In this document: piece after piece, positions 22,701-32,130 of the stretch
Numbering within the stretch: the stretch's first letter is position 1
Layout of the letters: every line of letters begins with the position of its first letter
Source: Macrostomum lignano
Taxonomy: Eukaryota
Direction of reading: 5' to 3'
Assembly (NCBI GenBank): GCA_002269645.1
Contig: NIVC01004891.1
Span: forward strand, 1-32,130
DNA length: 32,130 nucleotides
Position numbers and translations under genes: made by a program
Notes under the pieces: generated by a model
What the model saw: only the letters and a program-made list of their open reading frames with translations
What the model was told of the DNA's origin: nothing
Database searches by the model: none

Positions 22701-23730
22701 CAAGTTGACAAACCGATTATAAATTATGATATCAAAACAGAGCCGATAAGACGATTCAATAAGAAGATAAGCTTTGTTTGTTTACAAGCAGTTCATCAAT
22801 TTGACTGACCACTATTCAATCTCAGGCGTGCGTAAATTGCATCATATAAAATCAATTGGGTGGCCTCTCTAATCCGGCCTTCGGGTTCTTTGAAACTTCA
22901 CAATAGCAAGCCGGCTCGCGGGGGGGGGGGCATCACGAACCCGAAAAATCACAACTCCGAAACTGCTAGAAAGCTAGTAGTAACCGTGCCCAACGCTTAA
23001 TGTTAGTTTTTGTAGTTTTGATATTTCAGGTTTGTGATTTTTCGGGTTTATGATTCTTGTTTTCCCTGGGGTCCCGCGGAATGGCAGTAAATTCCCCGGG
23101 GTCCCCGATAAGAAAATTCCCCGGGGATCGACATCCCTACTCCCCTCACCCCTTTTCTTCTCTCTTCTCTCCCCTCTCCTCTCTGTCCCATCTTCTCTCC
23201 CCTATTCTCTCTCTTCTCCCCTCTCCTTTATCTCTCTTCTCTCGGGATCTCTACCCTCCTTTCATATCGCATCGCATCCCATCTTCTCTAAATTATTTCC
23301 TCTCCTCTCCTCTTATCTTCTCTCATCTCATCTTTCCTCTTCTTCGACTCCCCTTTCCTCTCCAACCTGGGCCGCAGCCATAAGCTATCTTCTTTATCTG
23401 GCCTTTGAAGTAAATAAGCCTGCCGACCACTCATAGTCGTAGATAGATAAAAAGACAATGGCGCACCTGCCATTAATTATAATAAACAGATTTCGAGCTG
23501 CAACGTGCAGCGGCCCTGTCAGTGTCACAGTGTCAAGACCGCCCCCTCCCCAGCCGCAGGCGTTAGCAGTGCTTCAATATCTCACGCCCTCTTAGCTAGA
23601 AGTTCTGCTGTTACGCAATGCAATAGGAAATATTTACGATTTACACACGCACATAGAGAGTGCGTTGACTCAACACTGAAAGTAGCCGCCGCCACCACAA
23701 ACCCCCTTCGGCCAAATTAAGAAGCCCAAT
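19750..23730 (-). CDS. Tentative multi-exon gene with PH-domain-like exons (boundaries uncertain)
   Basis: Candidate exons 23730-23653 (IGLLNLAEGGLWWRRLLSVLSQRTLY, PH beta1-beta2-like), ~23436-23367 (SGRQAYLLQRPDKEDSLWLR, PH beta7/helix-like), ~21958-21902 (AVEGGDALKLETEEP), 21716-21581 (..LRQFCVTLSFP..ELFVAELQ..), ~19795-19750 (NSEGRRHYALKFSSLQ). The full chain is not resolved. Confidence 0.33.
19978..21581. repeat. Large minisatellite, ~26-bp unit GACCACCTCAGTAGCTGACCCCCTTT, ~60 copies, many variants
   Basis: Period 26 (e.g. 20761, 20787). A TACATGTA-containing variant recurs at 20089, 20453, 21023, 21205 and 21466. Confidence 0.97.
22296..22510. repeat. Minisatellite, 46-bp unit GATCGTCTCACAGAGAATCTCACATGGAGATTTGCAGTGAAGAGAA, ~4.5 copies
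   Basis: Period 46 (22384, 22430, 22476). Confidence 0.92.
23060..23139 (-). mobile_element. Possible solo DNA-transposon terminus (TAGGGATGTCGATCCCCGGGG on minus strand) with three TTCCC(C/T)GGGG subterminal repeats
   Basis: TAGGGATG-type ends are typical of hAT-like elements. No partner TIR or TSD was found in the window. Confidence 0.3.
23140..23366. repeat. CT-rich low-complexity tract
   Basis: Directly visible. Begins at a putative minus-strand donor (23367). Confidence 0.85.
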
Positions 23731-24107
23731 CTGCACAGGAAAGCAAGGCGGAAACAGATAGTCACATTATTATATATAGTCTAATCTTTTAACGGCATAC
23801 ACGATAACGCAATGGGTTCATTAGAGAGCGCTAGGTAGCATACTAGATAAGTATTATATAAACTAATTCCATATCTACTGCCTATACAGACTGATCAAGT
23901 GTAAACAAAACAGTTTTGGCAATGCTAATAACTGTTACTATGGCTAGTTGCTGGCCCAGAGACCATTGAATACGCAGGCGTATGATGGGGCATCATTGCG
24001 CCCCATTGTGAGCTGATAGTTTTAAGAATTCAAAATATCCTGTTTATCAATTTTAACTGATCGACACTGAATGTTTTGCTTACGTCATAGTGGCATTCTA
24101 GGGTTCA

Positions 24108-24653
24108 AGAAGCTTGGGTTTTATGGCACTGTTGAGTTCATGCAGCATGGGTTTTATGACACTGTTGAGTTCATGCAGCTTGGGTTTTATGACACTGTTG
24201 AGTTCATGCAGCATGGGTTTTATGACACTGTTGAGTTCATGCAGCATGGGTTTTATGACACTGTTGAGTTCATGCAGCATGGGTTTTATGACACTGTTGA
24301 GTTCATGAAGCATGGGTTTTATGACACTGTTGAGTTCATGCAGCATGGGTTTTATGACACTGTTGAGTTCATGCAGCATGGGTTTTATGACACTGTTGAG
24401 TTCATGAAGCATGGGTTTTATGACACTGTTGAGTTCATGCAGCTTGGGTTTTATGACACTGCTGAGTTCATGCAGCATGGGTTTTATGACACTGTTGAGT
24501 TCATGCAGCATGGGTTTTATGACACTGTTGAGTTCATGCAGCTTGGGTTTTATGACACTGCTGAGTTCATGCAGCATGGGTTTTATGACACTGTTGAGTT
24601 CATGCAGCATGGGTTTTATGACACTGTTGAGTTCATGCAGCTTGGGTTTTATG
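24108..24653. repeat. Minisatellite, 33-bp unit ATGCAGCATGGGTTTTATGACACTGTTGAGTTC, ~16.5 copies
   Basis: The unit is 11 codons, giving repeat ORFs on both strands (MQHGFYDTVEF / MLHELNSVIKP). Confidence 0.96.
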
Positions 24654-25072
24654 AAATACTAAGCTCACTAAGCTTGGTTGTGATGACACTTCTGGCTCAA
24701 AAACAGACAGAAAAGAAAAACATAAACATAAAGTAGAAACGCAAACAGCTTCACTAAAATGTACCAATAGCCTTCCTCTTGTTCGAGAAAAATAAATTCA
24801 TTGTACAGAAAAACTGGAATGCCGATGGCTGCTTCTATTAATAGAAACTCAGCTCGTATTATTTCTAAAAACTGGAATTTGTCTCACATTGACAGACTAT
24901 GAGGGAACTTTCATCTCAACTTTATTTCTTAATTAGCTACTCAGAACATAACATCTTTAAAACGAAAGAAAGAAGTTCGAATGAATAATAAAAACTGAAA
25001 TTCGGCATTTTAGTTTTCAGGCTCACCGCTAATGGAGCCGGGAGAATATATAGATAGATAGATAGATAGATA

Positions 25073-26395
25073 CTGGGTGATTGGTAAAAATCTGGACATT
25101 TTTATTTGTTTTAGCAAGACAACAATAAACAAATTGAACACATGTCTTTTAACTTGGCTTAAGTTCAATATATAAGGGATTGTCTGGCTCATTGCCAAAC
25201 GGCTCCGACACCATTAGCCCGAGCTCGGCGAATCCCGGACTTGACATTGGTCATCATCTCCTGTACACAGTGCAGATCCACCTGGCGGAGGCAGTAGCGA
25301 ATGCGATTTTCCAGCTGTTCCAGACTGTCCGTCGTCCAATTGTGATGGTAAACCTTTTGCTTCAACATCCCCCAGAAGTTCTCAATTGGTCGCAGCTGTG
25401 GTACATTGGGAGGATTGAGCTCCTTGCTGACAAAATTGACACCTTCCTCTTCAAATGTGTCAATGACGTCACGAGCATAGTGACAGCTCGCCAGGTCAGG
25501 CCAGAACAGGTAGTTGCCGTCAGCATGCTGTTCCTTAATAAATGGCAATAGACGCTTGTGAATGCACTCTCTTATGTAGATCTCTTTGTTCATTGAGCTG
25601 CCGTGGCAGAAGAAGACCTTGGACATGCCCTTCTTGCTGATGGCCAGCCAGACCAAGACTTTGGCCTCAAATTTCTTGCTGGGTGAACACCTAACCTCAT
25701 CAGGTGCATCACCTCGAGCTGTTGCATAATAGAACCTGTTACCAGGGATGACATTGTATGACAGAGTAGTACGATTCATCGTCCATGACAATTTCCAGTC
25801 CGCCGTCATCTCCTGCCAGCACAGCACGGTAGAGCCTGTCAATCCTCACACGCTGGCGCTCTTTCTGCTCAAACGACACAAATGGCACTTTTTCTTTCTT
25901 GTATGCACTTAGTCCCTGCTTCTTGAGAATCTCGTTGACGTACGGCTGGCTGATGTCATATTTGCGTGCAATTTCGCGCTGGGACAGACCCGTCCTGGCA
26001 TCATTTGACATCTTCTCCATCAAAGTGGCAGTGACCTTGGTAGCTGGTCGTCCTGACCCTCCTTCCGTAGCACAGAATCTTCTCCAGTTGCTGAGTAGCG
26101 ATCCAGAATTCCATAAATGGTTGATCTTGGGACACCAAGCTCAGCAAAATATTTTGCGATTGCATTGTTGCTCAGCCCAGGGTGCTCAATTTTATATTGT
26201 ACAACCAGTTTACGCCGCTGCTCTTCATTTAGAGACTGCATCTCAGACGTGACGGGGCAAACAAGTGAAAAAAACAACTTAAGTTGTGAGGAAGACCCCC
26301 AGTATTGCTCAAAAGCATCAGCTCAATAAATTTGCCTCGTTAAATTTTGTCTATGGCAAAAACTAACCATGTCCAGATTTTTACCAATCACCCAG
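25073..26395 (-). mobile_element. Full-length IS630-Tc1-mariner transposon, DD37E (ITmD37E-like) class, 1323 bp
   Basis: Perfect 27-bp TIRs CTGGGTGATTGGTAAAAATCTGGACAT (25073-25099 / 26369-26395). TA TSD at 25071-72 and 26396-97. Inserted in a (TAGA)n run. Confidence 0.95.
25189..26241 (-). pseudogene. DD37E transposase with two frameshifts (~26057, ~25768)
   Basis: HTH region (GLSNNAIAK..PRSTIY; GLSQREIARK), G(S)GRP linker, MDDESY first Asp, FWPDLASCH second Asp, PPNVPQLRPIE Glu. 37 residues counted between D and E. Split across ORFs 26020..26277, 25739..26023 and 25189..25842, with no internal stops. Confidence 0.92.
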
Positions 26396-26427
<32 letters not shown>

Positions 26428-26494
26428 CACAGACAGACAGACAGACAGATAGACAGGCACAGACAGACAGACAGACAGACACAGACAGACAGAC

Positions 26495-26539
<45 letters not shown>

Positions 26540-26590
26540 CAGACAGACAGACAGACAGACACAGACAGACAGACACAGACAGACAGATGC
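26396..26590. repeat. Compound (TAGA)n-(GACA)n microsatellite, with its left portion (TAGA)5 at 25051-25070
   Basis: Directly visible, split by the transposon. Confidence 0.93.
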
Positions 26591-27004
26591 ACATATATAA
26601 ATCATATATAATAGTAATAAAAGTAAATGATTAATAAGGAAGCGAGTGAAAATAATGTCCAAATGCAACCCCTTGCGTCAGGAACCCAGAGCCGCAGCTC
26701 AGCGATGGCAGCGAGTATTTATTGACAAGTTTCATTCTGGATGGCAATGGCAACGTGCAAAATAGACGTCTGGCAGCTGGACGCAGCCCAATAAACAGTT
26801 AATAAATAATATTTTCATTTCACATGACTCACAAATTGACGAAAAAATCGCAGCTTGAAAAATTGATGACTGCAATGATTAAAATAAAATCGTATGCGCA
26901 ATACTGTCTACTGAAAGTAGAGTATTAAAAATGATAAAACCCGGAAAATCCAGAAAATTAACATGGCACATTGCACTGCTATCGCACTCATCACCCTAAC
27001 CTCA

Positions 27005-27395
27005 CCTAACAGTCAATACCCGACCTGACAGTCAATACCCTGCCTGACAGTCAATACCCTGCCTGACAGTCAATACCCGACCTGACAGTCAATACCCGAC
27101 CTGACAGTCAATACCCGACCTGACAGTCAATACCCTGACCTGACAGTCAATACCCTGGCCTGACAGTCAATACCCTGGCCTGACAGTCAATACCCTGACC
27201 TGACAGTCAATACCCTGACCTGACAGTCAATACCCTGGCCTGACAGTCAATACCCTGGCCTGACAGTCAATACCCTGCCTGACAGTCAATACCCTGACCT
27301 GACAGTTAATAACCTGCCTGACAGTCAATACCCTGCCTGACAGTCAATACCCTGACCTGACAGTCAATACCCTGACCTGACCTCATCTGACAGTC
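27005..27395. repeat. Minisatellite, 19-20-bp unit CCTGACAGTCAATACCC(TG/GA/TGA/TGG), ~20 copies
   Basis: Directly visible. Confidence 0.94.
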
Positions 27396-27911
27396 AACTC
27401 TGACCCACAGATACTAAAATAACTAGATGGGCCACTCAGGCACATATACTTAGTAAAACAGCTTTCTAATTTCAGTTCAGTAGCAAAGAAGAATACATAA
27501 GCTATTTTATGGAAATAAAGGCAGCTTAATTGACTTTGATAAGTTTAGAAGCCCAAGCTTGCAGGCGCACACAACTTGCTAATTGGTTCAGCAATAATGT
27601 ACATTAGCCAGTCCACTGAAATGTACATGGCAGCTTTAGGCTGGAATTCCGAGGAAGGCAATAAAAATTGGGGTGGGGCGAGGGAGTAGTGTGGAAAGGC
27701 GCGGTTGGAGGGTTTAAGCTGGGGGTAAGAGCTAATAAATGAGCCTTGGCTTTAAAATACATTAAAATGCTTCTGTTTAACTAACTACTGAACTGAAAGT
27801 AGCTTACACGCAAATGTGCTGAGTGGCCCATCTGGTAGTTATTCTAGGATCTGTGCTCTGACCTCATCAGCCACAATAAAAATCAATGGATGGGTGTCCC
27901 AGACTGGCCAA

Positions 27912-30255
27912 TCAGTGCGGTCGGGACACCTGAGGCTGTGCAGCCGCGGACTCGGACAGGTGGCGGGCAGTTTTGCCGTTGGAGCGGCCCCGCCTTGCGA
28001 CCTTACTTGGCGACGCCTGGGTGGCCTCGGCCGCGAAGTCGCGAATGCGGGGCACCATGAGCTCAACGGCCACCAGGTTCTCCGGGCCGCGCGGCAGCAC
28101 CAAATCCGCGTACTTCTTTGTCGGCAGGCAGAAGCCTTCGAAGGCCGGCTTCACGAATTCGGTATGGTAGTTCAGGGTGGACACAAGGCTGCGGCCTCTG
28201 GCCAGGTCCGTGCGGACTCGCCTGGGGGATTGGCGAGTGGGGACAGCAAGCGCCAGTCAACAATTCAGTTACCAATAGACAGCAAAAATCAGAAGAGATT
28301 AACAACCAGTAATCTACAGCAGCCAATGTCAATATCGAAAATCAACAACCAATTAACAACAAACTCAAATCAACAGCAACCAACACAAATCAACAAAAAA
28401 CAAAACAAATCAAGTTAATCAACAACCAACACAAATCAACAACAACCAACACAAATCAACAACAAACACAAATCAACAACCAACACAAATCAGCAACCAA
28501 CACAAATCAACAACAACCAACACAAATCAACAACCAACACAAATCAACAACCAACACAAATCAACAATCAACACAAATCAAGTTAAACAACAACCAACAC
28601 AAATCAACAACAACCAACACAAATCAACAACCAACACAAATCAACAATCAACACAAATCAACAACCAACACAAATCAAGTTAATCAACAATCAACACAAA
28701 TCAAGTTAAACAATAACCAACACAAATCAACAACAACCAACACAAATCAACAACAACCAACACAAATCAACAACCAACACAAATCAACAACCACCAACAC
28801 AAATCAACAACAACCAACACAAATCAACAATCAACAAAAAACAACCAACACAAATCAACAACAACCAACACAAATCAACAACAAACACGATTAAACAACA
28901 ACGAACAACACAGATCAACAACGACAAACAGAAATCAACAACCAACAACACAAATCAGCAGCAACCAACATAAATCAACAGCAACCAACACAGATCAGCA
29001 ACAACCAAATCAAATTAACAACAAACAACACAAAACAATAACAACCAACACAAATCAACAAACAACACAATTCAACAGCAACAAACACAAATCAACAACC
29101 AACACAAAACAATAACAACCAACACAAATTAACAACTAACACAAATCAACAATCAACACATCAACAACAACCAACAACACAAATCAACAACAACCAATAA
29201 CACAAATCAGCAACAATCAACAACACAAATCAGCAACAACCAACACAAATCAACAACAAGCACCACACAAATCAACAACAACCAACAACACAAATCAACA
29301 ACAAACAACACAAATCAACAATCAATGGACACTCAACACACTATCGAACAGCAACATGACCAATAAATAAAACAGCCAAACCTGGCCAGCCGAGTGTCAG
29401 AGTCGCAGTCCACAAACAGCTTAACGTCGAACAGGTCCCGCAGCCGGGGCTGATAGAATAGCAGAATGCCTTTCACGAGCAGCACATCGACAAGAGCCAG
29501 CTCCCTGTGCCGCTGCTGGGCAGCCGCCAAGCTCAAGCTGGGATCGTACTCGGCCACTCGAACCGGCTTGCCCATGCGGGCGTCTTGCAAAGTCGACACC
29601 ATCAGGTCGAAGTCGAAAGCGTCTGGACCGGCCATTTGTAATTTTTTTGGGGATTAGAGTAAGTTGGGAGATTTTAGGGATTTGAGTAGATTCGGGAGAT
29701 TTTGATATTCCAGTAGATTTGGGAGATTTGGGGATTCGAATAGATTTGGGAGATTTTGAGGAATCGAGTAGATTGGGAGATTTTGGGGATTCGAGTAGAT
29801 TTGGGAGATTTTGGGGATTAGAATATATTTGGGAGATTTTGAGGAATCGAGTAGATTGGGAGATTTTGGGGATTCGATTGGTTTAGGACATATCGGGGAT
29901 TTGATCAGGTTGGGAGAATCTGGAGACTTAAGTAGATACATTATGAGAGATTTGAATGCCTTGGGATTTCAGAGACTCAATTCGCATGTCACAATGCTAC
30001 AAAGGATACAAAGGTAATAAAAGTATGATACAAGCAGATGCACAAAAGGTGAAAGCCCACCACAATTGCAGCCTACACAAATCGTTACTGAGTAGAATTA
30101 CCTGGATGATCAAAATTAAACAAGCCAGCTTGAGCTGCCTTTCTTTCCTCATCTGTCAGCCTCCGATAGAATGAGCTCATGCTAAGCATGTCCACCCGAC
30201 TGGACAGCTGACCGGGCCCAGACAGCTGCTGCATGATGCGTTCGCATACGGAGGT
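27912..30255 (-). CDS. UCK: Uridine-cytidine kinase family protein (UCK1/2-like), 3 exons, P-loop exon not found, active-site residues substituted
   Basis: Exons 30255-30102 (TSVCERIMQQL..LSMSSFYRRLTDEERKAAQAGLFNFDHP), 29622-29382 (DAFDFDLM..VKGILLFYQPRLRDLFDVKLFVDCDSDTRLAR), 28221-27912 (RVRTDLARGR..FVKPAFEGFCLPTKKYADLVLPRGPENLVAV..SRPH*). GT-AG sites with phases 0/1/2 consistent. Motifs NFDHPDAFD, KLFVD.D.DTRL.RR and FVKPAF..FCLPTKKYAD are diagnostic of UCK. Confidence 0.92.
28341..29328. repeat. CAA-rich degenerate repeat (CAACAACCAACACAAAT-like units) in a UCK intron
   Basis: Plus strand almost G-free for ~1 kb. Confidence 0.92.
29655..29895. repeat. Degenerate ~27-28-bp repeat (TCGAGTAGATTTGGGAGATTTTGGGGAT-like) in a UCK intron
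   Basis: Visible period ~27 (29764, 29791). Confidence 0.85.
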
Positions 30256-30339
30256 CTGTTGGATGAGTGCGGGAATGACAGAATCAGAACCGGTTGACTC
30301 TCAGGCGTAAGCAATAGGCATTCCGCTTGCACTGCCGAT

Positions 30340-31565
30340 AAGGGCAGATTCTCTCAGCAACCAAGCGCAGATTCTCTCAGAAACCAAGGGCAGATTCTCT
30401 CAGAAACCAAGGGCAGATTCTCTCAGCAACCAAGGGCAGATTCTCTCAGCAACCAAGGGCAGATTCTCTCAGCAACCAAGGGCAGATTCTCTCAGCAACC
30501 AAGGGCAGATTCTCTCAGCAACCAAGGGCAGATTCTCTCAGCAACCAAGCGCAGATTCTCTCAGCAACCAAGGGCAGATTCTCTCAGCAACCAAGGGCAG
30601 ATTCTCTCAGCAACCAAGCGCAGATTCTCTCAGAAACCAAGGGCAGATTCTCTCAGAAAACAAGGGCAGATTCTCTCAGCAACCAAGCGCAGATTCTCTC
30701 AGCAACCAAGGGCAGATTCTCTCAGCAACCAAGCGCAGATTCTCTCAGAAACCAAGGGCAGATTCTCTCAGAAACCAAGGGCAGATTCTCTCAGCAACCA
30801 AGGGCAGATTCTCTCGGAAACCAAGGGCAGATTCTCTCAGCAACCAAGGGCAGATTCTCTCAGAAACCAAGGGCAGATTCTCTCAGAAACCAAGGGCAGA
30901 TTCTCTCAGAAACCAACATCAATCACGGGCAGATTTTCTCAGAAACCAACATCAATCACGGGCAGATTCTCTTAGAAACCAAGGGCAGATTCTCTCAGAA
31001 ACCAACATCAATCACGGGCAGATTCTCTCAGAAACCAAGGGCAGATTCTCTCAGTAACCAAGGGCAGATTCTCTCAGCAACCAACATAAATCACGGCCAG
31101 ATTCTCTTAGAAACCAACATCAATCACCGCCAGATTTTCTCAGAAACCAACATCAATCACGGGCAGATTCTCTCAGAAACCAAGGGCAGATTCTCTCAGT
31201 AACCAAGGGCAGATTCTCTCAGAAACCAAGGGCAGATTCTCTCAGAAACCAACATCAATCACGGGCAGATTCTCTCAGTAACCAAGGCAGATTCTCTCAG
31301 CAACCAACATAAATCACGGCCAGATTCTCTTAGAAACCAACATCAATCACGGCCAGATTTTCTCAGAAACCAACATCAATCACGGGCAGATTCTCTCAGA
31401 AACCAAGGGCAGATTCTCTCAGTAACCAAGGGCAGATTCTCTCAGAAACCAAGGGCAGATTCTCTCAGAAACCAACATCAATCACGGGCAGATTCTCTCA
31501 GTAACCAAGGGCAGATTCTCTCAGCAACCAACATAAATCACGGCCAGATTCTCTTAGAACCAACC
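30340..31565. repeat. Minisatellite, 23-bp unit GGGCAGATTCTCTCAG(C/A)AACCAA, mixed with a 33-bp derivative (+CATCAATCAC) from ~30910 onward
   Basis: Period 23 (30424, 30447) and 33 (30927, 30960). Confidence 0.96.
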
Positions 31566-32130
31566 TTAAAAAAACCTCAAACAGATTATCTGTATCTCTT
31601 GTCCAACACCATTTTTAGAAGTCAACGGTTCAAAAGTTGAGTAGCTGTGAAGCTGCAGCCATAGACAACTGGCAGGCTTACAGAATTACTACAAGAACTA
31701 GAGAGTTTTTGTAAGCAGCACATCTAGGCACTGATGTCATGAATTGCACATAAACAGATTATCTATCTATTAACTAATAAAAACATCTAACATAGCAATG
31801 GAAAATGTGAAAATCGAGGAACTACTATTTGTATCAATTATCACGCCTGCTATTCTGGTCAGTATGATGCTAATTGGAGGAAGCTGCTACCTGATTGCAT
31901 CTTCAATTGCTAATGGAAAAAAAGAAAACCTGAGCTAAGCACTAACTGCAATAAACTGTAATGCTAATGTAACTGATAGATTGACTTTAATATTGAACTA
32001 TGTACTATTGTTATTAAATGTTGTTTGCATACTTTGTCTTGTTTTTTATTTTTCTTGTTATGGAAATTAAAAAAAACTTACTCTGTAAATGTAATGAAAC
32101 AGTAAAAAATATTTCTATGAGTAAAGAAAT

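Noticed and set aside
25180-26329. Plus-strand ORFs inside the transposon
   Set aside because: Antisense shadows of the transposase.
27816-28418. 200-aa plus-strand ORF
   Set aside because: Antisense to the UCK last exon, running into the CAA repeat.
29623-29635. MAGP as the UCK N-terminus (ORF 29333..29635)
   Set aside because: It is intronic sequence before the acceptor at 29622. The true upstream residues NFDHP lie in exon 30255-30102.
173-31565. Tandem arrays as CRISPR arrays
   Set aside because: Units are head-to-tail with no unique spacers, there are no cas genes, and the context is an intron-containing eukaryotic genome.

Overview
Eukaryotic (metazoan) genomic DNA. Short GC-rich exons with poly-Q/A/P tracts alternate with small GT-AG introns and with introns filled by minisatellites. 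This architecture resembles a Macrostomum-type flatworm genome (inference from style, not a database match). Gene models were built by eye from splice signals and phase consistency. They are: (1) a minus-strand multi-exon gene of unknown product (~1673-10117); (2) a tentative small plus-strand gene (12757-13676+); (3) a minus-strand gene with a poly-Q/P/A N-terminus and divergent RRM-like domains (14545-19076); (4) a tentative minus-strand gene with PH-like exons (~19750-23730); (5) three exons of a uridine-cytidine kinase (UCK) homologue (27912-30255) in which several catalytic or substrate residues are substituted. Mobile elements are a full-length, frameshifted DD37E (IS630-Tc1-mariner) transposon with perfect TIRs and TA TSD (25073-26395) and a 119-bp hAT-type MITE inside a minisatellite (17698-17816). 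About 20 tandem or low-complexity arrays are present, including one 11-bp satellite found twice in inverted orientation around a block of exons. No CRISPR array, rRNA or tRNA was recognised. Most ORFs in the supplied track are repeat artefacts.
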